Assembly (NCBI GenBank): GCA_963767925.1
Contig: CAVYGB010000008.1
Span: 1,856,001 to 1,920,000 of the forward strand
DNA length: 64,000 bases
Source of the DNA: an uncultured delta proteobacterium
GTDB lineage: Bacteria > Myxococcota_A > Polyangia > Fen-1088
Direction: 5' to 3'
The first letter of the stretch is position 1. Each line of letters begins with the position of its first letter. Made by a program: the position numbers and the translations under genes. The notes under the pieces were generated by a model. The model had not been told where the DNA came from. It saw only the letters and a list, made by a program, of their open reading frames with translations, and ran no database searches. Positions 1 through 18,617 of the stretch are shown here, one piece after another.

Positions 1-987
1 GCCGCGGATGTCCATCCCGCTCGGATAGAAGGCCGAGGAGAAGAAGCTCGAGCCCACGACCAGCTCGAGGGGGCGAGGGGAGGCTCCCCCGCAGGGCAGA
101 TCGCCCCCCCGCAAGAACATGGTCTGGATCTCGGCCGGCCGATCGATGAAGTACCGCCCGAGGGCGAAGACGGTGGCCGCCGGGTTCCCCGGCTCTTCCA
201 GCGCGAGGCCGCTCACCGCCTGGTTGGGCATCGAGAAGATGGGGCTGGTGACCGAGACCAGGGCCGGTCGCTCGGGCGCGCAGATGTCGATGGTGGAGAC
301 GCCGTGGATGCCGTGGGCGACATAGAGCGCACCCAGCCGCTCGTCGAGGGCCATGGAGAACGGCTCCTCCGGCATCTTGAGCTCGCCCTCGGCGTCGACG
401 CCCCCCCGGATCTTGTGCGAATCGTCGCAGAGGGGGTTGGCCTCGCCCGCGCCGGCCCGGCAGCGAAGCGCCACCCGATCGGCGTCGACGGTGGCGTCGA
501 TGAAGGTCACCGACGGCTCGGCCCGGATCGCGACGAACAGGCGTCGTTCCCGGCCGGTCGGGGCCCCGCTGACGAGGACCGTGCTCCCGAAGCTGCCGAG
601 GCGCACGGTGGCGGAGGCGTCCACGTAGCCCCGCTCATCGCAGTTGAGGGCCGCCGGGTCGTGAAAATCGAAGCAGCAGAAGCGCGTTCCGGCGGGCCCC
701 CCCGGTCGGAACCCGGCCGATGGGCAGGTCTGCCAGTCGGTGCGGGCGCGGTCCTGGGTGGCCTTGCCGACGTCGATCGCCGCCACCGTACCGGCGTTGT
801 AACGCAGGTCCGAGTTGGAGTTGACGACGTACAGCCAGCCGCCCGCGGGATCCGCCGCCAGACCGGTGGGGAGAAAGAGCCCGTCGAGCGGGGGGGAGAC
901 CCCGCTCTCTCCGAAGGAGCATCCAGCGGCGAGTGTCCCCGCAAGCACGGCAATGGCCGAGGTCCTCGCGGCAGGGAAAGGCTTCAT
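1..987 (-). CDS. Lipoprotein, probable beta-propeller (YncE/YVTN/NHL-like); 3' end runs off the window
   Basis: Not in the ORF track because it has no stop in the window. Manual translation from ATG 987: MKPFPAARTSAIAVLAGTLAAGC (lipobox), then LFLPTGLAADPAGGWLYVVNSNSDLRYNAGTVAAIDV and FCCFDFHDPAALNCDERG. Propeller-blade-like motifs and GC3-biased codons. Confidence 0.7.
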   Translation of the reverse strand, partial: MKPFPAARTSAIAVLAGTLAAGCSFGESGVSPPLDGLFLPTGLAADPAGGWLYVVNSNSDLRYNAGTVAAIDVGKATQDRARTDWQTCPSAGFRPGGPAGTRFCCFDFHDPAALNCDERGYVDASATVRLGSFGSTVLVSGAPTGRERRLFVAIRAEPSVTFIDATVDADRVALRCRAGAGEANPLCDDSHKIRGGVDAEGELKMPEEPFSMALDERLGALYVAHGIHGVSTIDICAPERPALVSVTSPIFSMPNQAVSGLALEEPGNPAATVFALGRYFIDRPAEIQTMFLRGGDLPCGGASPRPLELVVGSSFFSSAFYPSGMDIRG

Positions 988-1086
988 GGCCCGCCTGTTT
1001 TACCACTCCCGCGGGTCCCTGACCCTGCCAGATCGCGCTGGCGGGGCTGACCCCGCCAGCAGCCTGTCGCTCGGATCACGTGCCGA

Positions 1087-3945
<2,859 letters not shown>

Positions 3946-4144
3946 GGCGAGCGGATGTTTACTATGGACGGCGCGCCCTGGAAAGCCCCGTGGACGTCAT
4001 TTGCGGACCGGGCGCTCGGGCGCAGGTGCGGAGGTCGCCGCCCGAACCGCTCCTTCGGCCTGCCCCCGCCCGTCGATCGCGATCCGGGACGGCCACCCTC
4101 TCGCTCCCCGGGGGCTCGAACGGCCCCGTGACGCACCTGGGAGG

Positions 4145-4900
4145 CTACCCGCCGCCTTTCAGCTTCGCGATGAACTCGAGCGACTTGAGCGGCCCCGGCA
4201 CGTGGAAGGCGACCAGCTCCCCCACGGCATGCCGGCAGGCGGCGCCCAGGTCCTTGTCGAGCCGGGAGCCGTCGACGTCCTCGAGCGGCGACGTGGCCAG
4301 CCTCTGCAGCGCCTGGCGGGCGGCGGGGAAGAGCAGCGATCCCCGCGGGGCGCAGGCCCCACAGATGACCCCACCCCGCTCGGGATCGAACCGGACCACC
4401 TGCTCGCCCAGGTCCCCCCGCCCGCAAGCTGCGCAGGCTCCCAGGCTGGGCGCCAGGCCCAGGCGGGCGAACAGCCCCAGCTCGAATGCCCGCGCCCGTT
4501 CGGCGCTGGCTCCCCGGGCCTCGAGCAGCCCGAGAAAGCGGTCGAGCCAGTCGAACACCTCGGGCTCCGGGTGGCGGACCGGGCACATTCGATCACACAG
4601 CTCGGCCGCGTATCCGGCGTGGGCCGTCCGGCCCAGGTCGGCGCCCAGGGTGGTCCGGCCGTCGGACACCTCGAAGCTCTCCAGGGCGAGCAACTCCGAG
4701 TGGGGGGGCTCGCGCAGCGTGGCCTCTCCGCGAGCGCCCAGGCCAAGCCCCCCGCCGAAGCGCCGGACGCTCCGGCGGGCTCCCCGGGCCATGGCCGACA
4801 AGCGGCCGGTGTCCCGGCCCAGCAGGGTGACCACCCGGTCGGCCTCTCCGTAAGGGACCGAACGCAGGAGGATGGCCGGGGTCACGATGGGAATGCCCAC
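4145..4900 (-). CDS. recO: DNA repair protein RecO
   Basis: AILLRSVPYGEADRVVTLL OB-fold start, ARGARRS, Zn motifs CAAC and CGAC, C-terminal LKSLEF. Confidence 0.95.
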   Translation of the reverse strand: MGIPIVTPAILLRSVPYGEADRVVTLLGRDTGRLSAMARGARRSVRRFGGGLGLGARGEATLREPPHSELLALESFEVSDGRTTLGADLGRTAHAGYAAELCDRMCPVRHPEPEVFDWLDRFLGLLEARGASAERARAFELGLFARLGLAPSLGACAACGRGDLGEQVVRFDPERGGVICGACAPRGSLLFPAARQALQRLATSPLEDVDGSRLDKDLGAACRHAVGELVAFHVPGPLKSLEFIAKLKGGG

Positions 4901-4923
4901 CGGGCCGACGTTAGCACCGGGCC

Positions 4924-5319
4924 TCAGGCCCGCCAGAGGACGACCACGGCCACGGTCAGGGCGAAGGCGATCACCAGCGCGACGATGACCCGGCGCCGCC
5001 GTCCGGCGCCCAGCCGGCTCCCGGTCGGAGACTCGGAGCCAGCCTCGGCCTTGCTCTTGGCGGCCGCCGCGGCCTTCTCGTACCTGGCCAGCGACTCGGT
5101 GGCGGTGTCATCCACGGCCTGGGTAAAGGCCCGGATGAATCCCCGGACGTAGGTGTGGGGCGGCAGGCGCTCGAGCCGCTCGGACTCGAGGTTCTCGAGG
5201 GTCTCGGCGGGGATCCGGGTGCGCCGGCTGACCTCGGCGACGGTGAGGCCGGACTTCTCCCGGAGCTGCCGCAGGAGAGGCCCGAAGTCGGCACCGGTAC
5301 CATCGGATTGAGTCTCCAT
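4924..5319 (-). CDS. RodZ-like XRE helix-turn-helix protein with a C-terminal transmembrane helix
   Basis: FGPLLRQLREKSGLTVAEVSRRTRIP...LENLE...LPPHTYVRGFIRA matches the RodZ HTH pattern; RRRR plus hydrophobic C-terminus. ATG 5319 chosen over the upstream start. Confidence 0.8.
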   Translation of the reverse strand: METQSDGTGADFGPLLRQLREKSGLTVAEVSRRTRIPAETLENLESERLERLPPHTYVRGFIRAFTQAVDDTATESLARYEKAAAAAKSKAEAGSESPTGSRLGAGRRRRVIVALVIAFALTVAVVVLWRA

Positions 5320-5327
5320 ATCGGGCC

Positions 5328-6260
5328 TCAGCGCAGCAGATTGGTGTAACGCCGGCACTCGGTGGCAACACAGGAGCGGGGCGCCAGATCCGCGCAGCGC
5401 CGGAACAGGGCGCGGGCCCTATCCCGGTTGCGGTGTCGTTGATGGACCAGCCCTCCGAGCAGGAGGGCCTCCTGGATGGGGCAACGCGTGTCTTCCACGA
5501 CCGCATCGACATTTTCGGCCGCCTGCGCCATATCCCCTCTTTCGAAGTACACCTTGGCCAGCCGGTAGCGCCCCACGCAGAACTGGGGCGACCGCGACAC
5601 AGCTTCGTGCAGCTCCTTCCAGGCCCGCTGGGTCTGTTTCATTTGCAGGTAGGCCCACCCGAGGTTGGCGCGTGCGAACTCGGGCTGGGAGTAGGTCGAA
5701 TCCTTCAGAGCCTCGCTGGCGGCGTCGACGGCGGCTGTCCAGTCCTGAAGGTGCAAGGCGGCGACCGAGAGGTTGTTCCAGGCGTTGGGGAACTCGGGCC
5801 GCAGCGCGACCGCCCGGCGGAACTGCTGCTCGGCCTCCCGGAACCTCCGGGCGGCGTCCTGGCGCACCAGCTCGCCGTCCTTACCAAGCAGACAGTCAGC
5901 CGACTCGGCCTGGGCCACGTAGTCGGCGCCCTGGTTGAGCGCGATGATCCCAAGCATGTTGTATGCCTCGGCGTTCTCGGGATCGGCTTGCAGCGCCTTG
6001 CGCAGCTCCTCCACGGCGGCCTCCACCCGACGAGAGCGGAAGTACTCGACTCCCAGCTCGTAGCGAACGAACGACTGGTCGGGATCCCGTTTCGGACGCG
6101 ACGCGCATGCGCCCCCCCAGAAGGAACCGGCCAGCACCGGAATGCCGACCGCCGCCCACAGACGCCCCAACCGCCGACCCCACAAGATGACTGACCCTCC
6201 AGGTTTCCCGAATGATTTCGAAAAGTTCGATCGCGAGACGAGGTTAACAGCTTCGAGCAC
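5328..6260 (-). CDS. tgl: TPR lipoprotein, Tgl/PilF(PilW)-like type IV pilus secretin pilotin (start uncertain)
   Basis: Signal region ending GGAC, multiple TPRs (YELGVEYF, AEAYNMLG, AWNNLS, ARANLGWAY), FCVGRYRLAKVY and Cys-rich C-terminus; lies next to a RodZ-like HTH gene and recO. Confidence 0.7.
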   Translation of the reverse strand: MLEAVNLVSRSNFSKSFGKPGGSVILWGRRLGRLWAAVGIPVLAGSFWGGACASRPKRDPDQSFVRYELGVEYFRSRRVEAAVEELRKALQADPENAEAYNMLGIIALNQGADYVAQAESADCLLGKDGELVRQDAARRFREAEQQFRRAVALRPEFPNAWNNLSVAALHLQDWTAAVDAASEALKDSTYSQPEFARANLGWAYLQMKQTQRAWKELHEAVSRSPQFCVGRYRLAKVYFERGDMAQAAENVDAVVEDTRCPIQEALLLGGLVHQRHRNRDRARALFRRCADLAPRSCVATECRRYTNLLR

Positions 6261-6370
6261 CGACTGTCAAATGGCCAGGCCCGTCGTGACGGGTCTCCCC
6301 CGGCTGGCTTCACCCGGCTCTGGCAAGGGATCGGCCTGGGCCTGTCCTTGCGGGCGCTTGGCCTGGAGCT

Positions 6371-6436
6371 TGGGTTTGGTTTGGGTTCCCGGTTCGGTTC
6401 CTGGTCTGGTTCCTGCCGTGGCATGGGTTCCTGCCG
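6371..6436. repeat. Degenerate GGTTCC tandem repeats
   Basis: GGTTCC at 6384, 6396, 6408 and 6426; GGTTCCTGCCG twice; GGTTTG at 6373 and 6378. Confidence 0.6.
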
Positions 6437-6688
6437 CGCCGGAGCGGGGTCAATCGGGCGACGGACGTGCCAGGCGGCCCGCCGCGGGCCCGCCTTCCGG
6501 GACGGCGCGGGCGCCGGGCGAAATGCACGGCGACCGCGCCGCTTCTCATCGGAAGGTCCCGACGTCTTCTGGGGTCCTTCCGGGCGCTTCCCGGGCGGCC
6601 GGTCCAGCGGGCCGTGGCCGGGTCGCGCGGATTACTCGCGCCAGGGGATTCTCTTGCCGTTTTCTCCCCTATACTTCTCTCAACGGTC

Positions 6689-7531
6689 TTGAGTCACCTC
6701 ATCGCCTATCTCGGAAACGAACCTGATCGCCTCGAGTGCGCACTGCTCCCGGCGCGGGCGGCCTTGTACTCACAGACGCCCCTGCAGCCCAACGGCTGGG
6801 GCCTGGGCTTCATCCAGGGTGGAGAGGTCCTGCTTCAGAAGCGACCTCGCTCCGAAGGCAGCGAGGTCGACTTCTTCAACCTCGCGCGCGAGCTCCACGC
6901 CAATGCGCTGATCGCGCGGGGCGGGCTCGAAGAAGATGCGCGCGCCTCGGCCGACAACGCCGACCCCTTTCGCTTCCGCTGGTGGTTGTTCGGTTCGGTC
7001 GGCGTGGCCGAGGGTTTCGGACAGGTGCGCGAGCGCTTGCTGGCCAGCGTTCCGGATTTCCTGCGCCGGAACATCCGCGGCCGCTCCGCCAGCGAGCACA
7101 TCTTCCACCTGTTTCTCGCCTTCCTCCACGATGCCGGCCTGCTCGAGACGCTGGCCACCGACCCGGCCCCGGTGGGGCGGGCCCTCCGGGAGAGCATCGC
7201 CTTCGTCGACCGGCTGCTGGCTGCCGCCGGAGCGCCCGCGCTCCGGATGGCGCTGGTGGCCACCAACGGCCGCTGCCTGGTGGCCCGATCGAACGGCTGC
7301 CCGGTTCAGTTCCTGCCCATCTCGGGGATCATGGACTGCACCGTGTGCCGGAACCGGAACGCCGCCCACAGCGACGACGATCGCCGAATCTCCCACGAAG
7401 CCTTGCGGGCCGTCGTGGTGGAGGCCGACAGCAGCGCGACCCTGCGGCCGGGCTGGAGCCTGGTTCCCCCTCGCGGTGGCCTCCTCGTAGGGGCCGACCA
7501 GATCCCTCGCCTCGAAGAACAGACGTCCTGA
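6689..7531 (+). CDS. Class II glutamine amidotransferase-like (Ntn-fold, YafJ/EgtC-like) protein lacking the N-terminal Cys
   Basis: TTG start giving MSHLIAYLG; NGWGLGF, NADPFRFRWWLFG, NIRGRSASEHIFHLFL. Confidence 0.8.
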   Translation: MSHLIAYLGNEPDRLECALLPARAALYSQTPLQPNGWGLGFIQGGEVLLQKRPRSEGSEVDFFNLARELHANALIARGGLEEDARASADNADPFRFRWWLFGSVGVAEGFGQVRERLLASVPDFLRRNIRGRSASEHIFHLFLAFLHDAGLLETLATDPAPVGRALRESIAFVDRLLAAAGAPALRMALVATNGRCLVARSNGCPVQFLPISGIMDCTVCRNRNAAHSDDDRRISHEALRAVVVEADSSATLRPGWSLVPPRGGLLVGADQIPRLEEQTS

Positions 7532-7576
7532 TCGCGCGCCCCGCGCGCCGACCACCAGCCGCCCCGGGCGGCCGCT

Positions 7577-8959
7577 CTACTCGGCCCCGGCCTGGACGTG
7601 CCAGCGTTCCTTGCGGCGGAAGTAGAGGAACAGGGTCTGGATGATCGAGGCCACGGGGACGGCGAACAGGGCGCCCACCAGGCCGTAGCTGTGCTCGCCG
7701 GCGATGAGGGCGAACACCACCACCACCGGGTGGATCTTGGCGGCGTCGCCCATGATCTTGGGATTCAGGAAGTTCGCCTCCACGAGGTGGATGAAGACGA
7801 TCCAGCCGGTGACCTTGAGGCCCTGCAGGACGTCGAAGCGCCCCGACGAGACGAGGGCGATGGAGACGATGGGGATCGACGAGAGGATGGAGCCGAAGAT
7901 GGGGATGAGGCTCATCACGGCGGCGATCCCGGCCAGCAGCAGCGGGATATTTGACGTCGAAGATGAGCAGACCGATGTAGGTCAGCACGCCGTTGATCAG
8001 GCAGATGAGGAGCTGACCGCGCACCACCCCGGACAGACCGCGGTCGATGCCCCGGGCCAGGTGGTCGTAGTCGCTCCGGTAGGCCACCGGGACGAGCGAG
8101 CGGATGAAGCCCCGGATGCGCTGCAGGTCGATGAGGATGAACGCCGCCACCATCAGCACCAGGATCAGCCGGGCGATCCCGGTGAGGACGCCGGTGACGA
8201 ACTTCTGTCCGAACTCCAGCGCCCGCCGGCTTTGCGATTCGGTGGTCTTGACCCGATCGGCGATCCACTGCTTGAGGGATCGCTCCCAGCGCCCTTCACC
8301 CTGGACGACCAGCTCCTCGTGGCGAGGCGGCGAGATCAGGTAGCCATTGCCCTCGCGGCCCGGTCGCACCTCCAGCTGCATGTCGTCGAGGTCGATCCGA
8401 TATCGACCCTCGCCCAGCGGCTCGAGCACCAGACCGTTGCTCTGCGGCGGCCTGGTGATCGGCTGGGAGGGGCCCTGCTGAGACTGGACGCCCCGGCCCC
8501 GAAGCGCTCGTCGATCCAGGAGCCGACCTTGGGCAAGCACCTCGCTGTTCAGCTTCGCGAACAGCTGCGGGCGCCTCCCGGAACACCCGGGCGATGTCGC
8601 CCGACAGCTTCGGGAGGAAATACCCGACGAAGAGGCCCAGTACCGACCAGGATGTTGATGTAGAGGAAGATGACCGCCAGCCCCCGCGGGAGGGGGCGGC
8701 TGGCCACCCGCAGCCGGGCCATGCGGTCCACCAGCGGCGCCAGGATGTAGGCCACCAGGATGGCGAAGACGAAGGGGAGCGCGACGTCCCGGAAGACGTA
8801 AACGACGAAGATACAGAAGAGCGCGAAGCCCCACAGCTTCGCGAAGCGCCGGAACCAGCTGAAGACACGCACGCTGCGGGTGGGGGGGCCCATATCGTCG
8901 CCCCCGTCCTGTGACGCTTCGATGGAGGGGGGCTCGTCCCCCCTCTTGCTGTCCGCCAC
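7577..8959 (-). CDS. AI-2E family (PerM-like) transporter, split by several frameshifts
   Basis: Fragments in three frames: LPFVFAILVAYILAPLVDRM; GIDRGLSGVVRGQLLICLINGVLT; LIPIFGSILSSIP...EANFLNPKIMGDAAKIHPVVVVFALIAG. Confidence 0.85.
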
Positions 8960-8986
8960 GCGCGGATCCTCGAAGGAGCGAGGAGA

Positions 8987-10724
<1,738 letters not shown>

Positions 10725-10860
10725 TCATGAAGATCCTTTGGCGCGTGCAAACCGGCGGCAATGGATGCCCCGGGGATCGCGACCGGTCTCGCCACGGGCC
10801 GGTCACGACGTTGGGGTTTCGAATTCGGCCTCCGACCACCGGAAGCACGAAAGGCGGGAA

Positions 10861-10889
10861 AAGCTAACGCTCCGGACGGCCCGTGTCAA
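10861..10889 (-). promoter_or_regulatory. Sigma70-type promoter of rpsA
   Basis: Minus strand TTGACA-N17-TAGCTT (a second TTGACA immediately upstream), about 135 nt before the rpsA ATG, implying a long 5' leader. Confidence 0.75.
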
Positions 10890-10945
10890 TGTCAACCCGG
10901 CCTCCGGCTATGACTCTGGGGCAGGTTGGAGCGGGGGCGCTGTCG

Positions 10946-10985
10946 TGGAATGTCTCCTGGAATGTCTCCTGGAATGTCTCCTGGA
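10946..10985. repeat. 12-bp tandem repeat (TGGAATGTCTCC)x3 plus a partial unit
   Basis: Three exact copies in the cmk-rpsA intergenic region. Confidence 0.9.
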
Positions 10986-11077
10986 CTGTAAGAAAATCCC
11001 TGTCGGAGCCGCGGCGCGCTTCTCCGTCGTTGTCCGGCATTGTCCGCGTGTCCGGCAGGGGGGCTGCCGGATCCGGG

Positions 11078-11788
11078 TCACCCACCCCGGCCGCGCACGA
11101 TCGACTCCATGCGGTCGACGACCTCGTCGGCCGAGAGGGTGGCGGTGTCGATCTCCAGCGCGTCGTCGGCCCTGCGCAGCGGGGACACGGCCCGGTTGCG
11201 ATCCCGCTCATCGCGCAGCTCCATCTCCCGCAGGACCTCGGCCGGGTCGACCGTCCGCCCGGCGGCCCGCAGCTCGCGGGTGCGGCGTTCGGCCCGCACC
11301 GCCGCGGGCGCGGTGAGGAAAAACTTCGCCGGGGCGGTGGGAAAGACCACCGTCCCGGTGTCGCGGCCCTCGGCCACGATGCGCCCCCGGGCCCCGATGG
11401 ATCGCTGCAGGTCGAGCAGGGAGCTGCGCACCTCGGGAAAGGCAGAGACCCGGGAGGCGCCCTCGGAGATCTCGGGAGCCCGGATGTCGGGGGTCACGTC
11501 GCGCTCGTCGACGATCAGCCGGGAGGCTTCGCCGCTGCCTTCGAACCGCATCTCGAGGGCCGCCGCCAGCGCCGCCAGGCCCAGAGGGTCGGACCAATCG
11601 ACACCCCGCTGCCGCGCACAAAGGGCTACCGCCCGGTACAGGGCGCCGGTATCCAGGAAGCTGTAGGTCAGGCGGGCGGCGAGCTGCCGGGCGGTGGTGG
11701 ATTTGCCGGCCCCCGCGGGACCGTCTATCGCGACCACGAAGCCGCGCGCCCCGGCGCTCGCGGCCTGATCGAGAGATCTCGGGCTCAT
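11078..11788 (-). CDS. cmk: Cytidylate kinase
   Basis: VAIDGPAGAGKST, LDTGALYRA, VAEGRDTGTVVFP, RDERDRNRAVSPL; upstream of rpsA. Confidence 0.97.
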   Translation of the reverse strand: MSPRSLDQAASAGARGFVVAIDGPAGAGKSTTARQLAARLTYSFLDTGALYRAVALCARQRGVDWSDPLGLAALAAALEMRFEGSGEASRLIVDERDVTPDIRAPEISEGASRVSAFPEVRSSLLDLQRSIGARGRIVAEGRDTGTVVFPTAPAKFFLTAPAAVRAERRTRELRAAGRTVDPAEVLREMELRDERDRNRAVSPLRRADDALEIDTATLSADEVVDRMESIVRGRGG

Positions 11789-11830
11789 GCGGCGCCCACG
11801 GTAGCACGGGGCCTCTGATAAAATGGAGCC

Positions 11831-12763
11831 GTGGACGGAAGGTGGGTGCTGTTGGCCGTCGGGTGCGTGGCGTCGCTGTCCTGTCGCCCTCGGGCGGGCG
11901 GCTCAGCGGCCGCGCCGGCGGCCGCCTGGGTGGCCGAGGTGGTGCCCGACCTGGGCGAGGTGGTGGCGCGGGTCGGGAGCAACCCGATCTTCGCGGAAGA
12001 AGTCCGGGCCCAGGCTCAGCGCACGGGCAAGCCGGCCCGGGACGCCCTGCAGGACCTCGTCTCGTTTCATCTGCTGGCCGAGCGAGCCCGCGAGCGCGGC
12101 GTGGCCAGCGCCGAGGTGCCGCGGGGTCTCCTCGTCGAAAGGTTCGTCGTGCGGGAGTTCGAGCCCACGGTCGAGCTGGGCGATCTCCAGGACGTGGAGC
12201 TGCGGGCGATTTACCAGAAGTTCAAGACCCGCTACGTGCATCCGCGGGTGGTGCGGGTAGCCCTGCTGAGCGTTTACGTCCGCCGGGGCAAGCCCAGGGA
12301 GGTGGCCCTCGCGAGAGCCCGGGACACCGCCCGGGACCTGTTCAAATACGTCGGCACGCGGAGCGATCGGACCCCCGACGACTTCGGCAAGATCGCGCAG
12401 GAGCCGGAGTGGTCCGCTCGCCACGTCGCCTTCGTCCGGATCTGGCAGGGACCGGACAGCTCCTCCGGTCCGCTGGACGCCCCGCAGGGCGCGGCGATCG
12501 CCCGCCTGCGCAAGCCGGGCGATACCACCGGCCTGATGGAGGCCGAGGGCGCCTACCACATCGCCCGCTACATCGAGGAGATGGCCGCCGAGAACGTGCC
12601 CTTCGAACAGGCTCGGGCGGAGCTGTTTCAGGAGTATTACCCACGCTGGCGGCGCGACAGGTTCGAGCGCTTCGCCGGCCGGCTGGCGGAAGAACATCGG
12701 ATCGAGGTCTTCGGCGATCGCGTCTCGCGGATGGCGCGCGCTCCCCGGGCGTCAGCGCCCTGA
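11831..12763 (+). CDS. Parvulin/PpiC-like (SurA/PrsA-type) foldase lipoprotein
   Basis: Lipobox-like SLSC, EVVARVGSNPI, LLAERARERG, FGKIAQE, LRKPGDTTGLMEAEGAYHIAR, PFEQARAEL. Confidence 0.7.
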   Translation: MDGRWVLLAVGCVASLSCRPRAGGSAAAPAAAWVAEVVPDLGEVVARVGSNPIFAEEVRAQAQRTGKPARDALQDLVSFHLLAERARERGVASAEVPRGLLVERFVVREFEPTVELGDLQDVELRAIYQKFKTRYVHPRVVRVALLSVYVRRGKPREVALARARDTARDLFKYVGTRSDRTPDDFGKIAQEPEWSARHVAFVRIWQGPDSSSGPLDAPQGAAIARLRKPGDTTGLMEAEGAYHIARYIEEMAAENVPFEQARAELFQEYYPRWRRDRFERFAGRLAEEHRIEVFGDRVSRMARAPRASAP

Positions 12764-12792
12764 GCTGACGGTCGGCCGGCGACAGCCGGCGA

Positions 12793-13101
12793 TTAGCCCG
12801 CTTTGCGGAAGCGGGACAGGTTGGCCGGGAGAGCGACGAGATCTGGGAAGGTCTTGTCCGGGTGGAGCTGCTTGGCCCGGGCGAGCAGGATCTCCTCGGA
12901 CTCTACGTTCTTGGGATCGGGCAGGCAGCACTCGACCGGGCACACGGCCTGGCAAGCCTCGTGGTCGTGGAAGCCGACGCACTCGGTGCACAGGTTGGGG
13001 TCGATGACGTAGATGTCATCACCCTCGCTGATGGCCTCGTTGGGGCACTCGGGCTCGCAAGCCCCGCAGTTGATGCATTCTTCGGTGATGTATGTCGCCA
13101 T
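12793..13101 (-). CDS. YfhL-type 2x[4Fe-4S] ferredoxin
   Basis: CINCGACEPECP and CTECVGFHDHEACQAVCP. Confidence 0.95.
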   Translation of the reverse strand: MATYITEECINCGACEPECPNEAISEGDDIYVIDPNLCTECVGFHDHEACQAVCPVECCLPDPKNVESEEILLARAKQLHPDKTFPDLVALPANLSRFRKAG

Positions 13102-13216
13102 TCGTGGCTCCGCGGCGGAGCGATCGAGTCTGACATATCGCCCCCACCAGAACGAGGCCGGAGTCTAAAGGTTGCGTGACTCACGGTCAACTGACACGAC
13201 GTGCAATCGTCAAAGC

Positions 13217-17068
<3,852 letters not shown>

Positions 17069-17269
17069 GGGGCAGGGAACCGGGCCGCTGTCTTCATTGT
17101 GACCATACGTGCATGGCGACGTCACGCCATGACCATTTAGGTAACACCTGCTCGGACCCATTGTAAAGGCCGTGCCGCCCCGGCGCGAATTCCTCGACGT
17201 TTCCCTTTTGTGACGGGGGCGACGGAACGGCGGGCCACACCGGGACCGGTTTGTTATGGTGCCGGTCTG

Positions 17270-18592
17270 ATGGAGACCGGATTCCTGCAAGATCTCGTCC
17301 CTGTGCTCATCACGCTCGGCGTGCTCGGAGGCGGGGGGACGCTGGCGGTGCTGGCCGCGAAGAGGGCCCGTGCTGCGCGGCGCCGTCAGATCGATGCGGC
17401 CGACGATCCCCGGATCCAGGCTCCCGCGCGACGGCGCCTCCAGGTCGAAGAGGGCGAGGCGCTGCCCCCCGAAGGGGGCGCCCAGCCGGGCCTCGGGTCG
17501 CAGGAGCCCGGAACGGCCGCGCCCGAGCCGGCCGAGCGACCGAGCGCGCAGGTGCTGCCGTTTCCCCGGGCGACCGTTCCGGCCCCCGTCCAGCCTGTCG
17601 ATAAGCCCCCTCCCCCCTCCACGGCGATCAACCGGACCAAGCAGCGGGACGTCCAGGCCCTCTCGCCCGGACTGGCCAAGACCCGCGCCGGCTGGGTCTC
17701 CCGGCTCGGGCAGCTCTTCACCTCGCCGCCGCGCAGATCGACCCGGCGCTGGTCGAGGAGCTGGAGAAGGTGCTGCTCACCGCCGACATCGGCGTGCGCA
17801 CCAGCCAGAAGCTGCTGGCCGACCTGCGCAGCTCGCTCGACCGCAAGGAGCTGGCCGAGCCGAGCGCGGTCTGGGACTTTCTGCGCCGCCGTTGCCGCGA
17901 GGTGCTGAGCATCGGCGCCCAGCCGCTCGACTTCGCCGCGCTACCGGCCCTTCGTCCTGCTCGTCATCGGGGTCAACGGCAGCGGCAAGACGACGACAAT
18001 CGGCAAGCTGGCCGCCCAGCTTCGGAGCGACGGCAAGACCGTGCTCCTGGCGGCGGGCGACACCTTCCGGGCGGCGGCCACCGAGCAGCTCGAGGTCTGG
18101 GGAGGACGGGTCGGCGTGTCGGTCGTCCGCGGCAAGGAGGGGTCGGATCCCTCGTCGGTGATCTTCGACGCCGTCAAGCGCGGCCGGGCGGAGGGCATCG
18201 ACGTGGTCATCGCCGACACCGCCGGCCGCCTGCACACGAAGACCGATCTGATGGAGGAGCTGCAAAAGGTCCGGCGCGTGCTGGGGCGGGCCCAGGAGGG
18301 CGCTCCCCACGAGACCTGGCTGGTCATCGACGCCACCTCGGGACAGAACGCCATCGCGCAGGCCCAGATCTTCACGGAGGCCATGGCCGTCACCGGGATC
18401 GTGCTCACCAAGCTGGACGGGACGGCCAAAGGTGGTGTCATCCTCGGCATCACCGACCAGCTCCGCATCCCGGTTCGCTATATCGGCGTGGGCGAGCGGG
18501 TGGAGGATCTGCGCGAGTTCGACGCCGAGGAGTTCGTCGAGGCGCTGTTCGAGGGACAGAATCCGTCGCCCAATAGCCAGGCGAGCGCGTGA
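17270..18592 (+). CDS. ftsY: Signal recognition particle receptor FtsY (frameshifts at ~17730 and ~17940)
   Basis: N-terminal TM plus Pro-rich region, [57 protein letters not shown]. Confidence 0.93.
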
Positions 18593-18617
18593 CCAGAGGT
18601 GGGTCTAGCTGGGTTTT

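Noticed and set aside
10946..10985. Possible CRISPR array or iteron origin
   Set aside because: Units are only 12 bp, directly adjacent with no spacers; no cas or rep genes nearby.
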